From the NCBI GenBank assembly GCA_964481465.1, contig CAYZTL010000008.1, positions 78,663 to 142,662 on the forward strand: 64,000 nucleotides of DNA, read 5' to 3'. A program made the position numbers and the translations under genes. Shown one piece after another: positions 37,763-47,599 of the stretch; position 1 is the first letter of the stretch, and every line of letters starts with the position of its first letter. A model generated the notes under the pieces. That model searched no databases. It saw only the letters and a program-made list of their open reading frames with translations, and had not been told where the DNA came from. Source of the stretch: an uncultured Anaerolineales bacterium. Its GTDB lineage: Bacteria; Chloroflexota; Anaerolineae; Anaerolineales; UBA11858.

Positions 37763-38536
37763 ATGATGGATTTTGAAAATAAAGTTGCGATTGTCACAGG
37801 AGCGGCCAAGGGAATAGGGTGGGGGATCGCGAAGGTTTTCGCTGAAAAAGGGGCGAAAGTCGTCATCGTAGATTGGGACGCAGAAACAGGGAAAGAGACA
37901 ACCCAGGCGTTCAAAGACAAAGGCCACGAAGCCATTTTTGTTGAATGTGACGTGTCCCAAGAAGGTCAAGTAAAAGCGATGGTTGAAAAAACCCTTGACA
38001 CATATGGTCGCGCAGATATCTTGGTGAACAACGCTGGCGTCGGCATTTACAAATCTGTCCTTGAAGCGGATAGTGAAGATTGGGACCATTGTTTAGCTGT
38101 GAATTTAAAAGGGGTCTTCCTGTGTTCAAAGTATGTCATCCCCCATATGCAGGAACTGGGGAAAGGAGCGATCGTCAATATCTCCTCAGTCCATTCCTTT
38201 GCAACCGTGAATGGGGTTGCTCCTTATGCTGCTTCTAAAGGTGGGATTACTGCGCTGACCAGGAATATGGCCATTGATTATGGTCCAACGATCAGGGTCA
38301 ATTCGATCGCCCCGGGTTGGGTGTTGACTCCTTTGATCCAAAGCATCTTCGATGAAAGTGATGATCCCGAAGCGCAGCAGAAGGAAGTTGAGGAACGTCA
38401 AGTTATGAAACGCATCGGTAGGCCGGAGGATATCGGTCATGCCGCTGCCTTTTTGGCGAGCGATGACGCGGATTTCATCACCGGCACACAACTATACGTC
38501 GATGGGGGGCTCACCGCACAGCTTGAAAGTTGGTAG
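37763..38536 (+). CDS. Short-chain dehydrogenase/reductase (KduD / glucose-1-dehydrogenase-like)
   Basis: 'VTGAAKGIGWGIA', 'NNAG', 'YAASKGG'. Confidence 0.8.
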   Translation: MMDFENKVAIVTGAAKGIGWGIAKVFAEKGAKVVIVDWDAETGKETTQAFKDKGHEAIFVECDVSQEGQVKAMVEKTLDTYGRADILVNNAGVGIYKSVLEADSEDWDHCLAVNLKGVFLCSKYVIPHMQELGKGAIVNISSVHSFATVNGVAPYAASKGGITALTRNMAIDYGPTIRVNSIAPGWVLTPLIQSIFDESDDPEAQQKEVEERQVMKRIGRPEDIGHAAAFLASDDADFITGTQLYVDGGLTAQLESW

Positions 38537-38544
38537 GAGGAAAA

Positions 38545-39702
38545 ATGGGTGCAAACGCACTGGATATAGACATCACGAACGATGATTTGCGTGGCTTGCA
38601 AAAGGGTGAAGCTGTTTTTGTCACCTTTGGGGAGACAATGGTCCGTGATACTCCTGCGGATTCAGAACGTCCAGAGCGCACTCGAAAGGTCATGGTTTCC
38701 CTCGCCGGTTCCGAGTTCACATTGGCTATGGTTCTGGCAAGGTTTGGTGTTCCCGCATCTTACGTTACTCGGGTACCCGATAACCCTTATGGGTGGCTGT
38801 TGCGAGATACAGCTAGATCCCAGGGTATTCGAACGGATCATTTCGTTTGGGCCCCAGCGGTAGAACCGATCGGCCGTTTTATTTATGAAATTGGCCGCAC
38901 ACCGCGAAAGAACAAGGGCTGGTACCAGCGGATGTATTCCGCGGCCAGTAAATTGGGGTCCGGAATGGTGGATTGGAACGAGGCCTTGAAGGATTGTCGT
39001 CTTTTCCACACCTCAGGCATCACCTTCGGTTTGGCCCTCCACAGTGGATATGAAGATAATCCCCCCCTAGATGCCTTTTACGAAGCGGTCGATGCAAAAC
39101 CGGATGACTGCCTGGTGGGATTGGATTTCAACTATCGGAGCACACTTTGGAACCCCCAGCAGTGTAGGGAGGTGATGACCCCCCTGATAACGGATCATGT
39201 GGATGTCTTGATAACCACCATTGAGGATATGGCTGAGATATACGGCATGGGTTGTGGGCAATACAGTGCGGAAGAGATTGAAAAGGGGGAGATGGGGGAG
39301 ATATTGGATGACGACATTAAAGACTTCTCCTCTCAAGTTGGGGAGAAGTTTGACACGAAGATCGTTGCCATCACCATCCGCTACCCGGATTCCTTTGAAA
39401 GACACCGCTGGGAATCCGCGGTGATGGACCGGGATGGACATTTCGTTCGATCCGCTGCAGTACGTCCCATCACTTTATGGGATCGTTTGGGAGGGGGAGA
39501 TACCTGGAATGGGGGTTTCTACTATGGTCTGCTCACGGAAGGGTTCAACCCTGATGGTATGCGGAAAGGATTGGTGGTCGGTGATGCTGCGACCCGCATC
39601 AAACAAACCCTAATGTTCGATTTGCCCATCATCACTAAAGAGGAAGTCCAAAAACTGATCCAAGCTGACATTCTTGGGGGAGGTAAGAGAACTGCACGCT
39701 AA
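38545..39702 (+). CDS. PfkB-family sugar kinase (2-dehydro-3-deoxygluconokinase-like)
   Basis: 'VTFGETMVR' N-terminal KdgK-like motif and 'GGGDTWNGGFYYGLL' PfkB signature 2. The ATG at 38545 follows TAGGAGG. Confidence 0.7.
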   Translation: MGANALDIDITNDDLRGLQKGEAVFVTFGETMVRDTPADSERPERTRKVMVSLAGSEFTLAMVLARFGVPASYVTRVPDNPYGWLLRDTARSQGIRTDHFVWAPAVEPIGRFIYEIGRTPRKNKGWYQRMYSAASKLGSGMVDWNEALKDCRLFHTSGITFGLALHSGYEDNPPLDAFYEAVDAKPDDCLVGLDFNYRSTLWNPQQCREVMTPLITDHVDVLITTIEDMAEIYGMGCGQYSAEEIEKGEMGEILDDDIKDFSSQVGEKFDTKIVAITIRYPDSFERHRWESAVMDRDGHFVRSAAVRPITLWDRLGGGDTWNGGFYYGLLTEGFNPDGMRKGLVVGDAATRIKQTLMFDLPIITKEEVQKLIQADILGGGKRTAR

Positions 39703-39781
39703 GGAGGTGTAAGACATCTATGAAGTGAAGAGCAAGTTGAATACTCGGTCGTTTAACTTGGGTTTTGAAGGAGGATTTACC

Positions 39782-40843
39782 ATGAAACGCAAACTATATC
39801 TAATTCTTACCCTTGTGATCCTGAGCTCAATGGTTCTCGTAGCAACTGGCTGCGGTCAACCGCAAGAAACAACCGCTCCGGAAGCTGAGGAAGCTGAAGA
39901 AACTGAGGAAAAGGAAACCAGTGTCTTGGCCGAGGATCACAGTGATGATGAGTACATTTATGTCTCATCGATGGGTAACCTGGAGTTTTTCAATGCCCAT
40001 AAATATGGGTGGAAAGTTGCAGGGGAGCAGCTTGGTGTAAAGACAAGCTATGTCGGCCCTGCAGAGTATGACATGAACGCCATGGTCGCTGCTTTCGATC
40101 AGGCCATCGCCAGGAAGCCAAAGGGTATTGTGGTTTTTGCTGTCGAACCGGTGCTTGAACCTTCCATTAACAAGGCAGTAGAGGCTGGGATCCCTGTGGT
40201 CACCATTTTGGGGGATTTACCAAACACCAAGCGCCTGGCGTTTGTAGGGTCATACCAGTACGACCTCGGTTATGTCGGAGGTGAAAACCTCGCTGAAGCG
40301 ATCGGAGGGGAAGGGAAAGTAGCCGTGTTGAGCATTCCTGGTGTGCAGATGTTTGATGACCGCGAGGAAGGCTACAGGGCTGCTTTTGCTGAATATCCCG
40401 ATATCGAAGTCGTCCAGGTTGGGGACACGAAGGCGGATACGGTTACTTCCATCAACACAGCCAAGGACATCTTACAGCGCTTCCCCGATCTAGCAGCTTT
40501 TGCTTGCACGGATTCCACAGGAGGTATCGGCGCTGCTACAGCGGTGGAGGAGCTGGGCATGGTAGGGGAAGTGGATATTGTGTCCATGGACCGGAACTCC
40601 GACGTCCTGCAGAAAATCAAGGAAGGGGTCGTCACCGGCACTGTCGCTCAGAATGATGCCGCTATGGCTTATTGGGCGTTGCTTGTTTTGTATCACTACA
40701 ACTATAACCAAGCACCCCTAACTTCAGACAATGCGGCTGCTGGAGTGAATCCGGGTCCGAGCAAGGTGTTCACGGCGGTTAACTATGTGGACAAATCGAA
40801 TCTGGAGTACTTCCTGGAAGCCAATGAAATGTATGAGCCGTAG
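39782..40843 (+). CDS. ABC transporter sugar-binding lipoprotein (CUT2 / periplasmic-binding-protein type I), copy 1
   Basis: Lipobox 'LVATGCGQ' and an acidic linker, then a PBP1 fold-like sequence. The ATG at 39782 follows GAAGGAGG. Confidence 0.8.
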   Translation: MKRKLYLILTLVILSSMVLVATGCGQPQETTAPEAEEAEETEEKETSVLAEDHSDDEYIYVSSMGNLEFFNAHKYGWKVAGEQLGVKTSYVGPAEYDMNAMVAAFDQAIARKPKGIVVFAVEPVLEPSINKAVEAGIPVVTILGDLPNTKRLAFVGSYQYDLGYVGGENLAEAIGGEGKVAVLSIPGVQMFDDREEGYRAAFAEYPDIEVVQVGDTKADTVTSINTAKDILQRFPDLAAFACTDSTGGIGAATAVEELGMVGEVDIVSMDRNSDVLQKIKEGVVTGTVAQNDAAMAYWALLVLYHYNYNQAPLTSDNAAAGVNPGPSKVFTAVNYVDKSNLEYFLEANEMYEP

Positions 40844-40967
40844 AATTAAGGTTTGATCCCAGGGGGGCTTGCTTTTCCAATACTTATTCTGGAATGGGTA
40901 TTTGGTTGGGGTACCTTCCAGGTGAGATTCAGGCATAGCCCCCCTAACCGCAAAACGGTAGATATCC

Positions 40968-42512
40968 ATGGATACGATCTTAGAAGTAAGGAATATTTCC
41001 AAAAAGTTTCCTGGGGTTCAGGCGGTGGATCGGGTAAGCTTCGATCTTCGTCACGGGGAGATCTTGGCCATTGTAGGGGAGAATGGGGCGGGAAAAAGCA
41101 CGTTGATGAAGGTCTTAGGCGGTGTGTTGAAACCCGATCAGGGTGAGGTATATCTGGAGGGCAAAAAGAGCATATATAGCACTCCTGTGGATGCCATACA
41201 GGCGGGGATCAGTATGGTTTTCCAAGAACTTTCTTTGGTGGAAAGTCTTTCCATCGGTGAAAACATATTTGCGAACAGGCAGCCAGTGGGTCCGTTGAAC
41301 AGGATTAAATGGAATAAGCTTTGGGGCCAGACTGATGCTTTGCTTAGGCGTTTTGACCTTGTCATCGATCCCAAAACCCTCGTCAAACGGCTTGGGATGG
41401 GAAAGCAGCAGCAAATTGAAATATTGAAAGCCATCTCGACGGATCCGAAGATATTAATCCTCGATGAACCAACTTCAGCATTGACTGATTCAGAACGAAA
41501 GGACCTTTTTGAAATCTTGCGTCGGCTTCAAAAAGATGGCATGTCCTTCATCTATATCACCCATAAACTAGAGGAGGTATTTCAGCTTGCGGACCGGGTC
41601 ATGGTCATGCGAGATGGATATCGTGTTGATACCCAGCCTGTTTCTGAGGTCACTGAGGATGATCTCGTAGCGATGATGGTCGGTCGAGATATCGAAGATA
41701 TGTATGGATCGGTATCGGAAGAATTGTCAAAAGAGAAAGAGTTCTTCCGTATTAAGGGTTTCACAAGGAAAAACGTCTTCAAGGATGTATCCTTCACCCT
41801 CAAACGAGGGGAGATCTTGGGTGTTTCTGGGCTTGTTGGGGCAGGGCGTACTGAGCTGGCGCGCTCAATTGTCGGCCTTGAACCAAAAGGCGCGGGGAGA
41901 GTTTATTTAGATGAAAAACGGGTGGAGATAAACAGCACCAGAGATGCTATTGATCATGGGATTGCTTATCTAACCGAGGATCGAAAAGAGCAAGGTCTCT
42001 TTTTGGATATGTCTATCCGAGAAAATCTCATTGCGCCCGAGTTAAATTCTTTCTCAAACCAGTTTGGTTTATTGAATCATCGAAAAATCACTGAGACTGC
42101 CAGAGAGCGCATTGACAGGTTTGATATCATGACCCCTTCTATCAACCAAAAAGTCCTCAACCTCTCTGGAGGGAACCAGCAAAAATGCATGGTCGCGATT
42201 TGGATGGGCATCCAACCCAAGGTGATCATATTTGACGAACCCACTCGTGGGGTAGATGTCGGTGCAAGATCTGAGATCTACCACAAATTACGGGAATTTA
42301 GTCGGGAAAGGAAAGGAATTATCATCATCTCATCCGATTTGCAGGAATTAATCGGTATGTGTGATCGAATTATCGTGATGCATCAAGGCGAAATAACTGG
42401 AGAGGTTAATCGAAAGGACTTCTCAGAAGAATTGATTATGGCGTACGCTGCGGGGATAAAAAATCAGAGCCAGTCTCGAAAGCCGGAGGCTATCGCCGGG
42501 GAGAATAAATGA
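40968..42512 (+). CDS. Sugar ABC transporter ATP-binding protein (tandem NBDs, RbsA/MglA-like), copy 1
   Basis: Walker A 'GENGAGKST'. Signature sequences 'MGKQQQIE' and 'LSGGNQQK'. Walker B motifs 'LILDEPT' and 'IIFDEPT'. Confidence 0.9.
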   Translation: MDTILEVRNISKKFPGVQAVDRVSFDLRHGEILAIVGENGAGKSTLMKVLGGVLKPDQGEVYLEGKKSIYSTPVDAIQAGISMVFQELSLVESLSIGENIFANRQPVGPLNRIKWNKLWGQTDALLRRFDLVIDPKTLVKRLGMGKQQQIEILKAISTDPKILILDEPTSALTDSERKDLFEILRRLQKDGMSFIYITHKLEEVFQLADRVMVMRDGYRVDTQPVSEVTEDDLVAMMVGRDIEDMYGSVSEELSKEKEFFRIKGFTRKNVFKDVSFTLKRGEILGVSGLVGAGRTELARSIVGLEPKGAGRVYLDEKRVEINSTRDAIDHGIAYLTEDRKEQGLFLDMSIRENLIAPELNSFSNQFGLLNHRKITETARERIDRFDIMTPSINQKVLNLSGGNQQKCMVAIWMGIQPKVIIFDEPTRGVDVGARSEIYHKLREFSRERKGIIIISSDLQELIGMCDRIIVMHQGEITGEVNRKDFSEELIMAYAAGIKNQSQSRKPEAIAGENK

Positions 42513-43504
42513 TGTCCGCGAAGAAAGATCCGCGCAATCAGGGAAATAAACCCACCCTCATCAGTCGGTTAACAGCCTTCCGAGAATCTGTGTTGTTGAT
42601 CATCATCCTTGTCTTCGGATTGATTATGGCCTTCGCTTCCCCCGTTTTCCTCACCAGGATGAATATCGAAGCGATCGTGCTGGCACTATCTGTTGAAGCG
42701 GTCATATCTGTGGGGATGGTAATCCTGCTCATCTCCGGGGGGCTGGACCTCTCTGTAGGGTCCACGCTGGCTTTTACAGGGGTCGTGACGGGTTTGGCTC
42801 TGACCCGCGGGTTTGGGATTTTTCCTTCGATCCTTCTGGGATTATTTGCTGCATTGTTGGTTGGATTGGTAAATGGGTTGTTAATTGCCAAATTAAACAT
42901 TAACCCCTTCATCACCACATTGGGGACCATGACGGCGATCCGCGGGTTACTGCTTATCCTCGCCAAAGGCCGGGCTGTATTAAATCTTCCCAAGTCCTTT
43001 AATTTGATTGGCCAGGGTCGCCTGTTTGGTGTGCAATACCCAATCTATGTACTCTTGTTTTTGGTCATTGTGGGGGATTTGCTGTTGCGAAATTCTCGTT
43101 TCTTCCGTCAGAGCTACTACATAGGTGGAAACCAACAAGCTGCACGCCTTTCGGGTATCAATGTCGATTTTGTTCAGGTTTTCAACTATTGCCTGGTGGC
43201 TGTTTTGTCAGGAGTGGCCGGATTGATGTTGACAGCGCGTTTTGGATCGTCTTCGGTGACCGTAGGAGGGGGGATCGAATTAAGGGTGATCACCGCTTGT
43301 ATTATAGGAGGAGCCAGCCTCAATGGGGGCGAAGGCTCAGTGTTAGGAGCGGTTTTAGGGGCCCTGTTCATGGGCATGTTGGCAAATGCTTTAAATCTGC
43401 TTGGGGTGGACGTTTATTACCAGAACTTCATCACAGGTTTGATATTGATCCTTGCTGTGGTCTTTGATGTTTTGAATGAACGGAGGAAAGAGAAGAATAA
43501 GTGA
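42509..43504 (+). CDS. Sugar ABC transporter permease (RbsC-like), copy 1
   Basis: Polytopic protein with 'GGLDLSVGS' and 'TLGTMTAIRG' motifs. ATGA overlap with the ATPase gene. Confidence 0.88.
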   Translation: MMSAKKDPRNQGNKPTLISRLTAFRESVLLIIILVFGLIMAFASPVFLTRMNIEAIVLALSVEAVISVGMVILLISGGLDLSVGSTLAFTGVVTGLALTRGFGIFPSILLGLFAALLVGLVNGLLIAKLNINPFITTLGTMTAIRGLLLILAKGRAVLNLPKSFNLIGQGRLFGVQYPIYVLLFLVIVGDLLLRNSRFFRQSYYIGGNQQAARLSGINVDFVQVFNYCLVAVLSGVAGLMLTARFGSSSVTVGGGIELRVITACIIGGASLNGGEGSVLGAVLGALFMGMLANALNLLGVDVYYQNFITGLILILAVVFDVLNERRKEKNK

Positions 43505-43709
43505 AATGAGAGCCAACGTAAAATCAGCTTGGGTATGGAACCCATTTTGGGATTCAAAGGGTATTCATCGCATTGATGTGAGCATTTTTGTACTGGGCAT
43601 AAACCTATTGTGAAAAAGGGAAAGGAGGTGGAAGGAGACAATAAACGTATATGATGGAGAAATAACCTTTTCGTGTCAATCACATGAGTATTAATTGGAG
43701 GAAAGGAAA

Positions 43710-44828
43710 ATGAAAAAGTCTACATTCTTACCGTTATTGATGGTGATGCTGATCATTTTCATGACAGCATGTGGCCAAGCGACGCCGACAGAAGAGCCGG
43801 CAGCTCCTGAAGAAACCGGCGAGGAAGTGTCCTTTGCGGATTACAGTGCACCTGATCCGGCCTATGATCCTCAACCCTTGGCGGAAGGCGCTCAAGCCAG
43901 CTGCCAAGCAGTTGCCTTTGACGGTAGCGAGAAAGCCAAAATTGCCTACATGCCGCCCGCTACAGAGTTTAACTACTACATGGCTATCGGCGAGGGTATC
44001 AAGAGTAAAGCAGGGGAGTTGGGTGTAGAAACATTCATGCTGGCCCCCCAAAGCGGTTCCGATATCGAAGGGCAGATGGGAATGATCCAGGATGTCCTGA
44101 CCCAGGATGTGGATGGGATCATCTTGTCCACCCATGATGAAAATGCTGCTGCTCCCTTGGTGAAACAAGCGGTCGAGAAAGGGATCGCGGTGATCATCGT
44201 CAACTCAGATATTCCGGACTTCCCGACCCCTGTTCATGGTGTTGTGGGTTACAGCCAAAGGAAAGGTACGTTCAAAGAGGGCATGTATGCCATTGGCATG
44301 TTCCAGGGCGAAGCGAAGGTGGGTGTCCTAGAAGGACTGCCCGGCTATCACTCAACCGAGAGAATCGGTGGCTACCTGGATGCATTTGAGAATTTCCCGG
44401 GCATGGAAGTTGTGGCCAGTTTGCCCACGGAATGGAATGTTGAGACGGGCAACACAGCGATGATGGACTTGCTCCAGGCTAACCCTGAGATCGAAGTTGT
44501 CGTCACCGCCAACGATTACATTGCCATCGGCGCTGCCCGTGCTGCAGAGGCCTTAGATCGTGAGGATGTCGTGATCTTTGGCAATGACGGGGATACAACA
44601 GGACTCGAGGATATTTACGAGGGTCGCTGGCAAGCTACGGTAAACACCACGCCCTACGTCATGGGAGAAGTTGTCCTTCAGGTGACGATGGACTGCTTGA
44701 ATAAGGAATATCCGGGTGGATGGACGGAGACTCCTACGGTCATCGTGGACCAGACCAACGTCCAGGCTTACCTCTGTCATCCTGAAAAACTCTATCCAGA
44801 ACCGTCCAAAGAGTATCCTTGCCCATAA
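43710..44828 (+). CDS. ABC transporter sugar-binding lipoprotein, copy 2
   Basis: Lipobox 'FMTACGQ' and a PBP1-like body. The ATG at 43710 follows GGAGGAAAGG. Confidence 0.8.
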   Translation: MKKSTFLPLLMVMLIIFMTACGQATPTEEPAAPEETGEEVSFADYSAPDPAYDPQPLAEGAQASCQAVAFDGSEKAKIAYMPPATEFNYYMAIGEGIKSKAGELGVETFMLAPQSGSDIEGQMGMIQDVLTQDVDGIILSTHDENAAAPLVKQAVEKGIAVIIVNSDIPDFPTPVHGVVGYSQRKGTFKEGMYAIGMFQGEAKVGVLEGLPGYHSTERIGGYLDAFENFPGMEVVASLPTEWNVETGNTAMMDLLQANPEIEVVVTANDYIAIGAARAAEALDREDVVIFGNDGDTTGLEDIYEGRWQATVNTTPYVMGEVVLQVTMDCLNKEYPGGWTETPTVIVDQTNVQAYLCHPEKLYPEPSKEYPCP

Positions 44829-44860
44829 ACATCCTTGAGGTTGTTTATCAATGATGAGTT

Positions 44861-44912
44861 CCTGGCTATAACCGGAAGGGTTATAGCCAGGTCCATCTAC
44901 TTTTATTGTTTT
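44861..44912 (+). terminator. Intercistronic hairpin / partial intrinsic terminator after the binding-protein gene
   Basis: Perfect 13-bp stem CCTGGCTATAACC (44861-44873) pairing with GGTTATAGCCAGG (44879-44891), with a 5-nt loop. A T-rich tract 'cttttattgtttt' follows a few nt downstream. Confidence 0.55.
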
Positions 44913-44928
44913 ACGGGGTAATCGTCTT

Positions 44929-46458
44929 ATGAATAATGATTATCAGCTACTCTGGGAATTGAAGGATATTTCGAAGTCTTTTCCAGGCGTCCAGGCTTTG
45001 GATAAGGTATCGCTCTCCATCCGGTCTGGCGAGATTCATGCCTTGGTAGGCGAGAACGGGAGTGGGAAAACGACCTTGGCGAAATGCCTAGCCGGGGCTC
45101 ATATGCCGGATTCAGGAAAAATGATCAGGGAGGGAAGGCCGGTTACCCTCAATCACCCAGGAGAAGCTAGAGAGCATGGCGTGGCCATTATTTATCAGGA
45201 ATTTTCCTTAGTTCCCACATTGACGGTTGCTGAGAATATTTTCTTGGGTCGACCGCCCTTAAGGGAAAAGACAAGGACCATTGATTGGGAGGAGATGCGG
45301 AATCGGACATCAAGCATCTTACGTGATCTGCACATTGATATTGACCCGGAAGCGGTACTTCGAGATTTATCCGTTGCCGAGCAGCAGCTGGTAGAGATCG
45401 CTAAGGCAATATCTTTAGAGAGTTCACTGCTGATCATGGATGAGCCAACTGCCGCACTTGGTTTAAGGGAAACAAGGCGTTTGATGGAACTGATCCGCCA
45501 ATTGGCCAGTAAAGGTCAGGCCGTACTTTATATTTCTCACCGCTTGGACGAAGTTTACGAAATTGCTGATCACATCAGCATTTTGAAGGATGGAAAATTG
45601 ATGGATTCCCAACCGATCCAAGCCCTAGATATGGACGAAGTGGTGCGCTTAATGATCGGGATCAGTGTGGATCAACATTACCCAAAAGAGGTCCATATGG
45701 AGCCCGATATTTGCCTAAAGGTTGTAAACCTGCATACGGAGAACGGAGTAAATGGAGTCAGTTTTGACGTCAGGGTTGGGGAAGTTTTTGGCCTTGGTGG
45801 GATGGTTGGAGCGGGCAGAACAGAGATCGCTCGCGCATTATTTGGCTTGGATCCTCGCAAGGAGGGTGAAGTGATCTTATATGATGAAGATGTGCATTTC
45901 TCCTCACCTTCGGAAGCCATCCATGCGGGTGTTGGGCTCGTGCCGGAGAATCGCAAAGCGGATGGGTTGTTCTTTAATTTTGATGGGCCGCCAAACATAA
46001 CGATTTCTCGATTATCGGAGATACAAAATGGTCCCTTCTTGAATTTGTCAAAGGAAAACGAGTACGGGCGGGAATATGTTGGGGAATTAAATATCACTCC
46101 CTCTGCGTTGGAGCGCTCCGTCAAATTCCTTTCTGGAGGGAATCAGCAAAAAGTTGTCATCGCCAAATGGCTTTTTTCGAGAGCGAAATTGCTTATATTA
46201 GATGAACCCACCCAGGGGGTGGATATTGGTGCGAAACTTGAGGTTTATAGAGTGATTAATGAACTCACTTCAAGTGGCGTGAGCATTATCTTGATTAGTT
46301 CGGATTACCCCGAACTTCTGGCGATGAGTGATAGAATCGCTATTGTAAGGGATGGGAAAATTCTCCAAATCTCTCCTGCATCAGAGTTGACAGAATATCG
46401 TCTTCTCTCCATTGCCTCGGGGGCAGAGGTAAACAATAAAAAAGAAGTGGTCATATAA
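44929..46458 (+). CDS. Sugar ABC transporter ATP-binding protein (tandem NBDs), copy 2
   Basis: 'GENGSGKTT', 'LSVAEQQLVE', 'LIMDEPT', 'LSGGNQQK', 'LILDEPT'. Confidence 0.9.
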   Translation: MNNDYQLLWELKDISKSFPGVQALDKVSLSIRSGEIHALVGENGSGKTTLAKCLAGAHMPDSGKMIREGRPVTLNHPGEAREHGVAIIYQEFSLVPTLTVAENIFLGRPPLREKTRTIDWEEMRNRTSSILRDLHIDIDPEAVLRDLSVAEQQLVEIAKAISLESSLLIMDEPTAALGLRETRRLMELIRQLASKGQAVLYISHRLDEVYEIADHISILKDGKLMDSQPIQALDMDEVVRLMIGISVDQHYPKEVHMEPDICLKVVNLHTENGVNGVSFDVRVGEVFGLGGMVGAGRTEIARALFGLDPRKEGEVILYDEDVHFSSPSEAIHAGVGLVPENRKADGLFFNFDGPPNITISRLSEIQNGPFLNLSKENEYGREYVGELNITPSALERSVKFLSGGNQQKVVIAKWLFSRAKLLILDEPTQGVDIGAKLEVYRVINELTSSGVSIILISSDYPELLAMSDRIAIVRDGKILQISPASELTEYRLLSIASGAEVNNKKEVVI

Positions 46459-46562
46459 CTTTTCACCAGATGTTCAGGAGGATGGTCATTCTTGATATAT
46501 TCACGTCATAAAATTCCCATGATTCCCCTTTTCATTCCTGTGTAGCCTATAAGGAGACCTTG

Positions 46563-47549
46563 ATGAACTTGATGAAACGTTTCCTTCGTTCAGCGATTAT
46601 CGGTCCTCTATTAGCGCTTTTTCTCGCTTCATTAGTGATCAGTCTGACGACTGAACGATTCCTCAACCCGCAAAATTTGATAAACGTCTCTTTACAGGTG
46701 AGTACAGTAGCCATTGCCGCAATCGGGGCGACACTGGTGATATTAACAGGAGGAATTGATCTGTCCCCGGGTTCTGCGGTTGCGTTGACCACCTGTGTCA
46801 TGGCCATTTTAATTAAAAATATGGGGCTTTCAGATCCTGTAGGCATTGTTTTGATCCTGGTTTTAGGGATTGTGATGGGGCTTTTTAATGGATTGCTTAG
46901 CACATTCGGAAGGATACCCTCTTTTGTGGTTACCTTAGCTACATTGAGCATCTTCCGGGGTCTGGCTTTTCTGATTACGAAAGGCTCGCCTATATTCTCC
47001 GTTTCCCCCAATCTTGAAGTCCTTTTTTATGGGAAGTTGTTTGGGATTCCGCTTCCCTTCCTATATATGCTTTTCTTCTATTCAGTCACCATGGTATTCC
47101 TTAAACTGACGCCTATTGGAAGGGCGATTTATGCGGTGGGAGGAAATGAATCAGCGGCCAGGCTTTCTGGCATTCATGTGAACAGGACGCGGCTGATCGC
47201 ATTTATCCTGGCGGGGGTCACAGCCTCAATCTCGGGCATCCTCCTCACAGCAAGGCTGAATTCCGGTTCTCCAAACTATGGGGTAGGATTAGAATTGGCA
47301 GCGATTGCTGCTGCGGTCATTGGCGGAGCGAGTTTAACTGGAGGTCACGGAAATATTATCTCAACCCTGTTCGGCGCGGTGACTGTAGCTGTAGTTCAGA
47401 ATGGCTTGAATCTAAATGCAGTTCCGGCAGCATGGCAGAATATAACCTTAGGAATCATCATCATTTTGGCAGTTGGGTTGGATATGTGGAGAAGTGACTT
47501 AGGAAGGCTCTTTTCACACCTCATCTCTTTTGAAAGGGATGATAAGTGA
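46563..47549 (+). CDS. Sugar ABC transporter permease, copy 2
   Basis: 'GGIDLSPGS' and 'TLATLSIFRG'. The ATG at 46563 is preferred; the track start at 46560 is TTG. Confidence 0.88.
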   Translation: MNLMKRFLRSAIIGPLLALFLASLVISLTTERFLNPQNLINVSLQVSTVAIAAIGATLVILTGGIDLSPGSAVALTTCVMAILIKNMGLSDPVGIVLILVLGIVMGLFNGLLSTFGRIPSFVVTLATLSIFRGLAFLITKGSPIFSVSPNLEVLFYGKLFGIPLPFLYMLFFYSVTMVFLKLTPIGRAIYAVGGNESAARLSGIHVNRTRLIAFILAGVTASISGILLTARLNSGSPNYGVGLELAAIAAAVIGGASLTGGHGNIISTLFGAVTVAVVQNGLNLNAVPAAWQNITLGIIIILAVGLDMWRSDLGRLFSHLISFERDDK

Positions 47550-47599
47550 ACCAACTCAACCTCGAGCAGATCAATAAATCAAGGGAGGTGTAAATCATT

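Noticed and set aside
36467-40858. A shared 10-mer AAGGTTTGAT immediately after two stop codons (36467 and 40849), considered as a possible repeated extragenic element.
   Set aside because: Only 10 nt are shared and the downstream sequences differ. This could be chance, so it is mentioned as a side note and not called as a repeat family.
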